Source: Macrostomum hystrix (lineage: Eukaryota > Animalia > Platyhelminthes). Taken from it: 64,000 nt of DNA. Below the pieces are notes generated by a model. That model saw nothing but the letters and a program-made list of their open reading frames with translations. It was not told the origin of the DNA and searched no databases. The position numbers and the translations under genes are program-made. Shown here in pieces: positions 12,836 through 24,820 of this stretch. How positions within the stretch are numbered: the first letter of the stretch is position 1; every line of letters begins with the position of its first letter. Location: the NCBI GenBank assembly GCA_950097015.1, contig CATNEN010000007.1, positions 7,812,001 through 7,876,000 on the forward strand, written 5' to 3'.

Positions 12836-15800
12836 TTCCTGAAACCCGGATCTTCACTCCTAAGAATCCATTGTATTTCCTGAAACCCAGATCTTCAATC
12901 CTTTGAATCCATTGTATTTCCTGAAACCCGGATCTTCACTCCTTAGAATCCATTGTATTTCCTGAAACCCAGATCTTCAATCTTTTGAATCCATTGCATT
13001 TCCTGAAACCCGGATCTTCACTCCTTAGAATCCATTGCATTTCCTGAAACCCGGATCTTCACTCCTAAGAATCCATTGCATTTCCTGAAACCCGGATCTT
13101 CACTCCTTAGAATCCAATGCATTTCCTGAAACCCGGATCTTCACTCCTAAGAATCCATTGTATTTCCTGAAACCCGGATCTTCACTCCTAAGAATCCATT
13201 GTATTTCCTGAAACCCAGATCTTCAATCTTTTGAATCCATTGCATTTCCTGAAACCCGGATCTTCACTCCTAAGAATCCATTGTATTTCCTGCAACCCGG
13301 ATCTTCACTCCTAAGAATCCATTGCATTTCCTGAAACCCGGATCTTCACTCCTAAGAATCCATTGCATTTCCTGAAACCCGGATCTTCACTCCTAAGAAT
13401 CCATTGCATTTCCTGAAACCCGGATCCTCACTCCTTAGAATCCATTGTATTTCCTGAAACCCGGATCTTCACTCCTAAGAATCCATTGCATTTCCTGAAA
13501 CCCGGATCCTCACTCCTTAGAATCCATTGTATTTCCTGAAACCCGGATCTTCACTCCTAAGAATCCATTGCATTTCCTGAAACCCGGATCTTCACTCCTA
13601 AGAATCCATTGCATTTCCTGAAACCCGGATCTTCACTCCTAAGAATCCATTGCATTTCCTGAAACCCGGATCCTCACTCCTTAGAATCCATTGTATTTCC
13701 TGAAACCCGGATCTTCACTCCTAAGAATCCATTGTATTTCCTGAAACCCGGATCTTCACTCCTTAGAATCCATTGTATTTCCTGAAACCCGGATCTTCAC
13801 TCCTAAGAATCCATTGTATTTCCTGAAACCCGGATCTTCACTCCTTAGAATCCATTGTATTTCCTGAAACCCGGATCCTCACTCCTTAGAGTCCATTGTA
13901 TTTCCTGAAACCCGGATCTTCACTCCTAAGAATCCATTGTATTTCCTGAAACCCGGATCCTCACTCCTTAGAGTCCATTGTATTTCCTGAAACCCGGATC
14001 CTCACTCCTTAGAATCCATTGTATTTCCTGAAACCCGGATCCTCACTCCTTAGAATCCATTGCATTTCCTGAAACCTGGATCTTCACTCCTAAGAATCCA
14101 TTGTATTTCCTGAAACCCGGATCCTCACTCCTTAGAATCCATTGCATTTCCTGAAACCCGGATCTTCACTCCTTAGAATCCATTGTATTTCCTGAAACCC
14201 GGATCTTCACTCCTAAGAATCCATTGCATTTCCTGAAACCCGGATCTTCACTCCTAAGAATCCATTGCATTTCCTGAAACCCGGATCTTCACTCCTAAGA
14301 ATCCATTGTATTTCCTGAAACCCGGATCTTCACTCCTAAGAATCCATTGCATTTCCTGAAACCCGGATCCTCACTCCTTAGAATCCATTGCATTTCCTGA
14401 AACCCGGATCTTCACTCCTTAGAATCCATTGCATTTCCTGAAACCCGGATCTTCACTCCTTAGAATCCATTGTATTTCCTGAAACCCGGATCTTCACTCC
14501 TAAGAATCCATTGCATTTCCTGAAACCCGGATCCTCACTCCTTAGAATCCATTGCATTTCCTGAAACCCGGATCTTCACTCCTTAGAATCCATTGTATTT
14601 CCTGAAACCCGGATCTTCACTCCTAAGAATCCATTGCATTTCCTGAAACCCGGATCTTCACTCCTAAGAATCCATTGCATTTCCTGAAACCCGGATCTTC
14701 ACTCCTAAGAATCCATTATATTTCCTGAAACCCGGATCTTCACTCCTAAGAATCCATTGTATTTCCTGAAACCCGGATCCTCACTCCTTAGAGTCCATTG
14801 TATTTCCTGAAACCCGGATCTTCACTCCTAAGAATCCATTGTATTTCCTGAAACCCGGATCCTCACTCCTTAGAGTCCATTGTATTTCCTGAAACCCGGA
14901 TCCTCACTCCTTAGAATCCATTGTATTTCCTGAAACCCGGATCCTCACTCCTTAGAATCCATTGCATTTCCTGAAACCTGGATCTTCACTCCTAAGAATC
15001 CATTGTATTTCCTGAAACCCGGATCCTCACTCCTTAGAATCCATTGCATTTCCTGAAACCCGGATCTTCACTCCTTAGAATCCATTGTATTTCCTGAAAC
15101 CCGGATCTTCACTCCTAAGAATCCATTGCATTTCCTGAAACCCGGATCTTCACTCCTAAGAATCCATTGCATTTCCTGAAACCCGGATCTTCACTCCTAA
15201 GAATCCATTGTATTTCCTGAAACCCGGATCTTCACTCCTAAGAATCCATTGCATTTCCTGAAACCCGGATCCTCACTCCTTAGAATCCATTGCATTTCCT
15301 GAAACCCGGATCTTCACTCCTTAGAATCCATTGCATTTCCTGAAACCCGGATCTTCACTCCTTAGAATCCATTGTATTTCCTGAAACCCGGATCTTCACT
15401 CCTAAGAATCCATTGCATTTCCTGAAACCCGGATCTTCACTCCTAAGAATCCATTGCATTTCCTGAAACCCGGATCCTCACTCCTTAGAATCCATTGCAT
15501 TTCCTGAAACCCGGATCTTCACTCCTAAGAATCCATTGCATTTCCTGAAACCCGGATCTTCACTCCTAAGAATCCATTGTATTTCCTGAAACCCGGATCT
15601 TCACTCCTAAGAATCCATTGCATTTCCTGAAACCCGGATCCTCACTCCTTAGAATCCATTGCATTTCCTGAAACCCGGATCTTCACTCCTTAGAATCCAT
15701 TGCATTTCCTGAAACCCGGATCTTCACTCCTTAGAATCCATTGTATTTCCTGAAACCCGGATCTTCACTCCTAAGAATCCATTGCATTTCCTGAAACCCG

Positions 15801-17765
15801 GATCCTCACTCCTTAGAATCCATTGCATTTCCTGAAACCCGGATCTTCACTCCTTAGAATCCATTGTATTTCCTGAAACCCGGATCTTCACTCCTAAGAA
15901 TCCATTGCATTTCCTGAAACCCGGATCTTCACTCCTAAGAATCCATTGCATTTCCTGAAACCCGGATCTTCACTCCTAAGAATCCATTGTATTTCCTGAA
16001 ACCCGGATCTTCACTCCTAAGAATCCATTGTATTTCCTGAAACCCGGATCCTCACTCCTTAGAGTCCATTGTATTTCCTGAAACCCGGATCTTCACTCCT
16101 AAGAATCCATTGTATTTCCTGAAACCCGGATCCTCACTCCTTAGAGTCCATTGTATTTCCTGAAACCCGGATCCTCACTCCTTAGAATCCATTGTATTTC
16201 CTGAAACCCGGATCCTCACTCCTTAGAATCCATTGCATTTCCTGAAACCTGGATCTTCACTCCTAAGAATCCATTGTATTTCCTGAAACCCGGATCCTCA
16301 CTCCTTAGAATCCATTGCATTTCCTGAAACCCGGATCTTCACTCCTTAGAATCCATTGTATTTCCTGAAACCCGGATCTTCACTCCTAAGAATCCATTGC
16401 ATTTCCTGAAACCCGGATCTTCACTCCTAAGAATCCATTGCATTTCCTGAAACCCGGATCTTCACTCCTAAGAATCCATTGTATTTCCTGAAACCCGGAT
16501 CTTCACTCCTAAGAATCCATTGCATTTCCTGAAACCCGGATCCTCACTCCTTAGAATCCATTGCATTTCCTGAAACCCGGATCTTCACTCCTTAGAATCC
16601 ATTGCATTTCCTGAAACCCGGATCTTCACTCCTTAGAATCCATTGTATTTCCTGAAACCCGGATCTTCACTCCTAAGAATCCATTGCATTTCCTGAAACC
16701 CGGATCTTCACTCCTAAGAATCCATTGCATTTCCTGAAACCCGGATCCTCACTCCTTAGAATCCATTGCATTTCCTGAAACCCGGATCTTCACTCCTTAG
16801 AATCCATTGCATTTCCTGAAACCCGGATCTTCACTCCTTAGAATCCATTGTATTTCCTGAAACCCGGATCTTCACTCCTAAGAATCCATTGCATTTCCTG
16901 AAACCCGGATCCTCACTCCTTAGAATCCATTGTATTTCCTGAAACCCGGATCTTCAGTCCTTAGAATCCATTGTATTTCCTGAAACCCGGATCTTCACTC
17001 CTAAGAATCCATTGTATTTCCTGAAACCCGGATCCTCACTCCTTAGAATCCATTGCATTTCCTGAAACCCGGATCTTCACTCCTAAGAATCCATTGTATT
17101 TCCTGAAACCCGGATCTTCACTCCTAAGAATCCATTGTATTTCCTGAAACCCGGATCTTCACTCCTAAGAATCCATTGCATTTCCTGAAACCCGGATCTT
17201 CACTCCTAAGAATCCATTGTATTTCCTGAAACCCGGATCTTCACTCCTAAGAATCCATTGCATTTCCTGAAACCCGGATCCTCACTCCTTAGAATCCATT
17301 GCATTTCCTGAAACCCGGATCTTCACTCCTTAGAATCCATTGTATTTCCTGAAACCCGGATCTTCACTCCTTAGAATCCATTGTATTTCCTGAAACCCGG
17401 ATCTTCACTCCTAAGAATCCATTGCATTTCCTGAAACCCGGATCTTCACTCCTAAGAATCCATTGCATTTCCTGAAACCCGGATCTTCACTCCTAAGAAT
17501 CCATTGTATTTCCTGAAACCCGGATCTTCACTCCTAAGAATCCATTGCATTTCCTGAAACCCGGATCTTCACTCCTTAGAATCCATTGTATTTCCTGAAA
17601 CCCGGATCTTCACTCCTAAGAATCCATTGCATTTCCTGAAACCCGGATCCTCACTCCTTAGAATCCATTGTATTTCCTGAAACCCGGATCTTCACTCCTT
17701 AGAATCCATTGTATTTCCTGAAACCCGGATCTTCACTCCTTAGAATCCATTGCATTTCCTGAAAC
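12836..17765. repeat. 41-bp satellite TTCCTGAAACCCGGATC(T/C)TCACTCCT(A/T)AGAATCCATTG(T/C)AT, about 120 copies, with higher-order structure
   Basis: Seen directly; rare variants recur at 902-bp and 1271-bp spacing. Confidence 0.98.
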
Positions 17766-17793
17766 TTGGAATCCAAAAAGGAGTTCATCGCTT

Positions 17794-19388
17794 TCAGTTG
17801 CCAACGAGACATTCGAAGCTCTTCAAAGAGTAGTAACTAGTAAACAAGGGTCCACTGTTGTCTAGATAATACACAATGCCTCCCGAGTAGACATTCGGGT
17901 ATTCCTTGTAGATGCCATTCGCGTCAATGAAGGTGCACCAGCCGTACCACCAGCCAGCCGATCTTTCCTGTGCGCAGCTGCCGCCATCCCAACCATCATT
18001 GTCAGCGTCCAGCGTGCTGAACTGCTTGTTATTCGGGGACCAATCGGCATTAGTCTGCTGGCCAATGTTGGACCTGCTCGAATCCAACTCTCCCATTGTG
18101 GCCCTGTACTGGCTTGACGCGGGGCCAACAGAGAACGGCGCATTCTCAGCCCAGTACCAGGTGTCGTTCCAGACGGAAAACTCCCATCGAACTCTCCACA
18201 GCCCGGTTGAGGTGATCTGGTGCAACTGCTCCAGCCCCATCCAGTAGTTGAGGTCCTCGCCCTGACCGAATCCGTTCACGTACTCCAACCAGTTGCGATT
18301 AAAGCCAATGGAACCGTCCACTCGGTGCTGGAAGGTGCGCCAGCAGCGTGACGGCTCTTTCATCTGAAACGCGAAATGAAAAAATAACAAATCAGAGAAT
18401 CGACTGGCTATGCTTGACTCAAAGCCAACGAGGAGGCAACTTTGTCCATTCACTGGTGGTTTGATGGCACAATCGCACAATGTACATTGGTCTGGCTTCT
18501 ATCATCATCCTTGGGTACACAATCGCACAATGTACATTGGTCTGGCTTATGTCATCATCCTTGGGTACACAATCGCACAATGTACATTGGTCTGGCTTAT
18601 GTCATCATCCTTGGGTACACAATCGCACAATGTACATTGGCCTGGCTTCTATCATCATCCTTGGGTACACAATCGCACAATGTACATTGGTCTGGCTTAT
18701 GTCATCATCCTTGGGTACACAATCGCACAATGTACATTGGTCTGGCTTCAATCATCATCCTTGGGTACACAATCGCACAATGTACTTGGCCTGGCTTATG
18801 TCATCATCCTTGGGTACACAATCGCACAATGTACTTGGCCTGGCTTATGTCATCATCCTTGGGTACACAATCGCACAATGTACATTGGTCTGGCTTATGT
18901 CATCATCCTTGGGTACACAATCGCACAATGTACATTGGCCTGGCTTATGTCATCATCCTTGGGTACACAATCGCACAATGTACATTGGTCTGGCTTATGT
19001 CATCATCCTTGGGTACACAATCGCACAATGTACATTGGTCTGGCTGATGTCATCATCCTTGAGCACACAATCGCATTTAGTGAAAAATAATTTTGTTTGA
19101 ACTTGCCCAGAGCTGCGGCAGGCTTGAGTTGCTAGCGTGTCGGCACTTTCTACAGCCACTCGCTCCCCGACTACAGATCAGCAGGCCGCATGTCCTGGTT
19201 GTTTGATCGAATTGCAGGGCATCCGCATTTTCGGCTAGAATCGAGCAATGCCTGTCGCTCAGAGCCGGCTTCACTGCTAGCATCTTGTACTCATCGAGGC
19301 TGTCTCGCTGGAGCATCCAGGCCGAGTCTGCAGCCGCTGCTGTCAAAAGAGTCCAAATGAATGCTTCCGCGAAGGAAAAGCGCCTCAT
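17794..19388 (-). CDS. Secreted fibrinogen-related (FReD) protein, about 283 aa: signal peptide, Cys-containing PAN/apple-like region, fibrinogen C-terminal domain
   Basis: Exon 1 is 19388-19107 (MRRFSFAEAFIWTLLTAAAA...HCSIL...FDQTTRTCGLL). Exon 2 is 18363-17794 (tttcag|ATG) and carries WRTFQHRVDGSIGFNRNWLEYVNGFG, YWMGLEQLHQIT, FSTLDADND and CAQERSAGWWYGWC, which are fibrinogen_C hallmarks. The phase-0 join requires the GC donor TGG|gcaagt. Confidence 0.88.
18467..19076. repeat. 50-bp minisatellite AATCGCACAATGTACATTGGTCTGGCTTATGTCATCATCCTTGGGTACAC, about 12 copies
   Basis: Seen directly; fills most of the FReD intron. Confidence 0.97.
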
Positions 19389-20249
19389 TCTAGATTTAAG
19401 AGCTTGAGTGCTTGAGTCTGCTTTAGTGCTCAACTGCTTCTTGTTGAAGTTCCATCTACGCGCGCTGCGCGATTATTATCTGAAATTTATTACCTTGCCC
19501 AGTGCTGGGTTGAATACTAAACACTATAGGATTGTTTATTATTCCTTGGACTAGGATTTTAAAAAGCCTGGGAATGAGGAGAAGGATTAGCCTGTTAGCC
19601 GCATTGTATCTGCGCTCAAGCCTTTGCAGATAAGTGTTGCTTTAACAAGAAATCTATCAATTAATCAAATTAGTTATTAATGAGAACGGGCCTGTAAATA
19701 ATGTTCTTTTTTTCTCGTGAGGCTTCTAAAGTAAGCGGCTGACTACCAGCTAGTGTAATTTGCGCTATAGAGTGAGCATTTAAATGACTGAGCATTTCAA
19801 CCATGTGACGTTCCTTGCTAGACATCATCCTAACAACCTAGGGTTGGCATCGCCATGAATTGGCATTTAACTTTAAAATTTATTGTAGTTAATTTAAAAA
19901 ACTGCAAAATATGGACAAAAATACTGGGATAAACTTTGCAAGCCGAAATGTTAAGTTTTTATCGCCAGTGACTAAAACAGTTTTTTCAATTCTAATCAAC
20001 TGTACAGTGAGATTAAAGCCGAATCTAAGTGAATTGCACAACTAGATTTTAGCCACATCTATAGCTAGATTGTAAGTAGATACTCGTATACTGCCAGATT
20101 AAAGCGCGTCAAACGGTGATAAATAATTTTAGAGTGAATACATAGTACAACTCAAACGACTCATTTGCAGCGCCAGAAATGAACTTGCTCGCCTATTTAA
20201 TAGAGCTAAGAACAGTTTTTGTTAAGTTTTCGGTATACTAATACTACTA

Positions 20250-20919
20250 TAGCTACTGCTGCTACTGCTGCTACTGCTGCTACTGCTGCTACTGCTGCTA
20301 CTGCTGCTACTGCTGCTACTACTGCTACTGCTGCTACTGCTGCTACTGCTGCTACTGCTGCTACTGCTGCTACTGCTGCTACTGCTGCTACTGCTGCTAC
20401 TGCTGCTACTGCTGCTACTATAGCTACTGCTGCTACTGCTGCTACTGCTGCTACTGCTGCAACTGCTGCTACTGCTGCTACTACTGCTACTGCTGCTACT
20501 GCTGCTACTGCTGCTACTGCTGCTACTGCTGCTACTGCTGCTACTGCTGCTACTACTGCTACTGCTGCTACTGCTGCTACTGCTGCTACTGCTGCTACTG
20601 CTGCTACTGCTGCTACTGCTGCTACTGCTGCTACTGCTGCTACTGCTGCTACTACTGCTACTGCTGCTACTGCTGCTACTGCTGCTACTGCTGCTACTGC
20701 TGCTACTGCTGCTACTGCTGCTACTGCTGCTACTGCTGCTACTGCTGCTACTGCTGCTACTGCTGCTATTGCTGCTACTGCTGCTACTGCTACTCCAGCA
20801 GTACCTGGAGCTGCGCAACATCCGATGCGCGCGGATGTCACGCCGATGTGCGCGCGGATGTCACGCCGATGTGCGCGCCAGCATGGAACAGCTGCATCGC
20901 AGCGGCAAGCTGCATGACG

Positions 20920-20989
<70 letters not shown>

Positions 20990-21012
20990 GTAGATAGATA
21001 GATAGATAGATG
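20250..21012. repeat. Compound repeat: (GCTACTGCT)n at 20250-20793, a 23-bp CpG-rich tandem at 20822-20878, (GATA)n at 20920-21012
   Basis: Seen directly. Confidence 0.94.
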
Positions 21013-21633
21013 GATTAGACAGATTAGACCCGGTTTAGACAGGGTTTCCCGAGTCATCTTCGATGGCGATGACGTTGAGATGGGGACATTGTAGCGGGGA
21101 GATTTCTGTCGGGCTGTATGGGCTGTCTGGTGCCTGTAGGAAATCCCCGGAGCGGTGGAGGCCGTGCAGGGGACTCAGGCGCGCCTTACCTGTCATACTT
21201 ATGCTGCAGTAAATATTTACATCAGTTGGTCTGGCTGCTGCAGCAAGACACGCGCTGATCCGTGCCCAATAACAAAGCGGCCCCTTGAAGATGTCGCTGA
21301 CTGAAGCCCCAGCTTATACCCAGTTCTCCTTCAAGAATAAACAAAAGATTTTCCCGTTATCAATCAAACGTCCAGCAACTAAATGAGTTTTAAAAAATTG
21401 AAAGTGACAATTTCAGGAAGGCGTGCACAAATTATGAAGAAAATATTCAACATTCTCCCAAAACACAATAGTGCGAGCTTGTTTTCTGGTTAGATATTAT
21501 CTACTGCACAAAAAATCTGTTATTAGTTAGCGCTTAATATATCTGCTTATCGCTGCCGAAGAAAAACAGGAGTTAACAGGGCAGCACTCTGGTGCATTTC
21601 ACTCTTATCTACTCAACTCCACTCTGCTATTCT

Positions 21634-21976
21634 CCAATCCAATCCAATCCAATCCAATCCAATCCAATCCAATCCAATCCAATCCAATCCAATCTAATCC
21701 AATCCAATCCAATCCAATCCAATCCAATCCAATCCAATCCAATCCAATCCAATCCAATCCAATCTAATCCAATCCAATCCAATCCAATCCAATCCAATCC
21801 AATCTAATCCAATCCAATCCAATCCAATCCAATCTAATCCAATCCAATCCAATCCAATCCAATCCAATCCAATCCAATCCAATCCAATCCAATCCAATCC
21901 AATCCAATCCAATCTAATCCAATCCAATCCAATCCAATCCAATCCAATCCAATCCAATCTAATCCAATCCAATCCA
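21634..21976. repeat. (CCAAT)n pentamer, about 68 copies
   Basis: Seen directly; occasional CTAAT variants. Confidence 0.98.
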
Positions 21977-22471
21977 CGCCTTGGTAGGCCAAATCCACGC
22001 CTTGATCTCTATTGCTTCGTGGTTCGAATTTAAAATACTCATTTTTATAACACTAGGGCATTCTCACACTATAAGCACTACTAATAGTAGTAATACAAAA
22101 AAGTCGATATAGCTAACTATCCATTTGTCTTTTGTTTTTTGTTCCCTTTACTAAGTAGCCAACAAACGAGGCTTTAACAAAATTCAAACAAGAGTACAAA
22201 AATTGTTTTGTTGAAAGTGTGAATGACCTTTTAAAGTAATGGCCTTCGTATACAGACACTACTGAGTAAAACGTTGCTGTACTCATAATATTTACCAAAT
22301 ACTACGAGCTACTTACTGCATACTATTCACTATTATCCATCCAATGGGATGGTTCTGTACACAGAGTTCTGATTGGTAATTCTATGTCACTGTATGTACA
22401 TCTCTGTACATGTGTACTGTGGCGGCCAAGCCCGCACGCAGCGCCGTCTACGGTGCATTCACACTCAATGT

Positions 22472-23078
22472 GAATGTATAGCTTAGGGAATGTATAGCTT
22501 AGGGAATGTATAGTTTAGGGAATGTATAGCTTAGGGAATGTATAGTTTAGGGAATGTATAGTTTAGGGAATGTATATCTTAGGGAATGTATAGTATAGGG
22601 AATGTATAGTTTAGGGAATGTATAGATTAGGGAATGTATATCTTAGGGAATGTATAGTTTAGGAAATGTATAGCTTAGGGAATGTATAGCTTAGGGAATG
22701 TATAGTTTAGGGAATGTATAGCTTAGGGAATGTATAGTTTAGGGAATGTATAGTTTAGGGAATGTATATCTTAGGGAATGTATAGTATAGGGAATGTATA
22801 GTTTAGGGAATGTATAGCTTAGGGAATGTATAGCTTAGGGAATGTATAGTTTAGGGAATGTATAGCTTAGGGAATGTATAGTTTAGGGAATGTATAGCTT
22901 AGGGAATGTATAGTTTAGGGAATGTATATCTTAGGGAATGTATAGTATAGGGAATGTATAGTTTAGGGAATGTATAGCTTAGGGAATGTATAGTTTAGGG
23001 AATGTATAGTTTAGGGAATGTATAGTTTAGCGAATGTATAGTTTAGGGAATGTATAGTTTAGGGAATGTGCAGTTTAG
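22472..23078. repeat. 16-bp minisatellite G(C/T)TTAGGGAATGTATA, about 37 copies, most containing TTAGGG
   Basis: Seen directly. Confidence 0.96.
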
Positions 23079-23489
23079 AGTGCTAATGTGCTGTTAATTA
23101 AATGTGCAGTTTTTCGAGGGCCTCCTAGTATGCAAAACTGGCCCCGGAAAATTGCACATTAAAGGCAATCGCCAAATCTTTACTTATGGCAACAGAGGAA
23201 TTTGAGACCCCTGCATCCGCCGCTAATCACTTGCCAGGACTTGCAGCCTCTGCTTGCCTGGCAACCAATGCCCGACAAGAAAGCTTAGAAGTACGCATCG
23301 CATGGCAAACAGTCGCGGCCTACTCAAATTCCGCCTGCAGTTTAGCACCTGTGACTGTTCCTTTGCATCTCCGGCCAGCATAAATTTGACAAACAGAGGC
23401 AAGCTTAGCTCACTTTGAAATCTCTTTGCTAATCCATTTAGCCTCTTAACTTATGCAGTCACCAAATCTCCACTTTCTCTCCTCTACCT

Positions 23490-23975
23490 CTAAGTCTCTC
23501 CTCTCTCTCCCTCTGAGTCTCTCCTCTCTCTCCTTCTAAGTCTCTCCTCTCTCTCCCTCTGAGTCTCTCCTCTCTCTCCCTCTGAGTCTCTCCTCTCTCT
23601 ATCCCTTTCTCTCAGAGTCTCACCTCCCCCCCTCCTCCTCTCTTCTTTCTGTCTATCATTTTTTTGAGTCTCCTCCTCTCTCCCTCTGAGTCTCTCCTCT
23701 CTCTCTCAGAGTCTCTCCTCTCTCTCTCTCTCTGAGTCTCTCCTGTCTCTGAGTCTCTCCTCTGTCTCTGAGTCTCTCCTCTGTCTCTGAGGCTCTCCTC
23801 GCTCTCTCTCTTTGAGTCTCTCCTCTCTCTCTGAGTCTCTCCTCTCTCCTACTGAGTCTCTCCTCTGTCTCTGAATCTCTCCTCTCTCTCTGAGTCTCTC
23901 CTCTCTCTCCTACTGAGTCTCTCCTCTGTCTCTGAGTCTCTCCTCTGTCCCTGAGTCTCTCCTCTCTCTCTGAGT
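23490..23975. repeat. CT-rich degenerate repeat (TCTGAGTCTCTCCTCTCTC)
   Basis: Seen directly. Confidence 0.9.
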
Positions 23976-24509
23976 CTGTGAAATCCGATTCACAGAAGAC
24001 ACAATAGACTTGAGCAGTGTAGTGAGATGAGAGTTGCATTTAACACCCGCCGGCTTCCAGTCTTGGAAGGCCAAATTGCATCAAATGTCTCAAATCCGCC
24101 GTGATGGGAGGATGGCTGGGAAGACAGTTCCGCCTTTCAATTAGCAAACTGGGAAACGCTTGGCGACTGCGGTCCGCACGCGATTCCTTCCTACAGTTGC
24201 TGGGCCGCCGCGGGGCCGCTTTCCCATCTCCAACCCTCCCCAATGCTCAGCTTCCTATTCTATTCTAGTGCTCATATTTAGCCGCTATGTCTCAGAAGCC
24301 TCTAAAGCCTAGGAGGGAGGGGCCTCGGGCGGCTCATCGCAATGCCTCAGCAGAACAAAGCAGCTGTGGAGGGGAGCAGCAGAAAATGAAAGGTAAAAGA
24401 CAACAGGCAATTGTGCGGCAACTGAAGCTTTTTACAGACGCAGCTACTGATCGAGACCCTTCAGCTCTGAGCTGGGCGGGTGCGCACTCACCCAGCCTGG
24501 GGACTCTGG

Positions 24510-24645
24510 GGAGAGTGAGAGGGAGAGGGAGGGTGAGAGGGAGAGTGAGAGTGAGGGTGAGGGGGAGAGTGAGAGGGAGAGTGAGAGTGAGAGGGCGAGT
24601 GAGAGTAAGGGTGAGGGGAGAGTGAGAGGGAGAGTGAGATGGAGA
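24510..24645. repeat. GA-rich (GAGAGT/GAGGGT) low-complexity repeat
   Basis: Seen directly. Confidence 0.85.
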
Positions 24646-24820
24646 GCTTGCTTGGCTAAAAGAAAAACATGTTCAAAACAAACTAAATTTCATCCATATT
24701 AAAAACGACCACATAAGTGAAAATATGCAGGATTCAATGGAACAATTAAACTGAAAAGTATATCTTGCTATGCACAGCTGGGTGCCAGTAAGCAGTAGGC
24801 AGCCAGTTTGCAGCGGTAAG

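Noticed and set aside
12836-17765. CRISPR-like appearance of the 41-, 38-, 50- and 55-bp arrays
   Set aside because: Units are head-to-tail with no unique spacers; the context is eukaryotic and there are no cas genes.
18410-19100. Three overlapping ORFs of about 200 aa on the + strand
   Set aside because: Rotating frames of the intronic 50-bp repeat.
20206-21057. Antifreeze- or mucin-like (TAA)n ORF, plus poly-S and (VAA)n ORFs
   Set aside because: Trinucleotide-based microsatellite open in several frames; no credible start, signal peptide or splice context, and one frame runs through (GATA)n.
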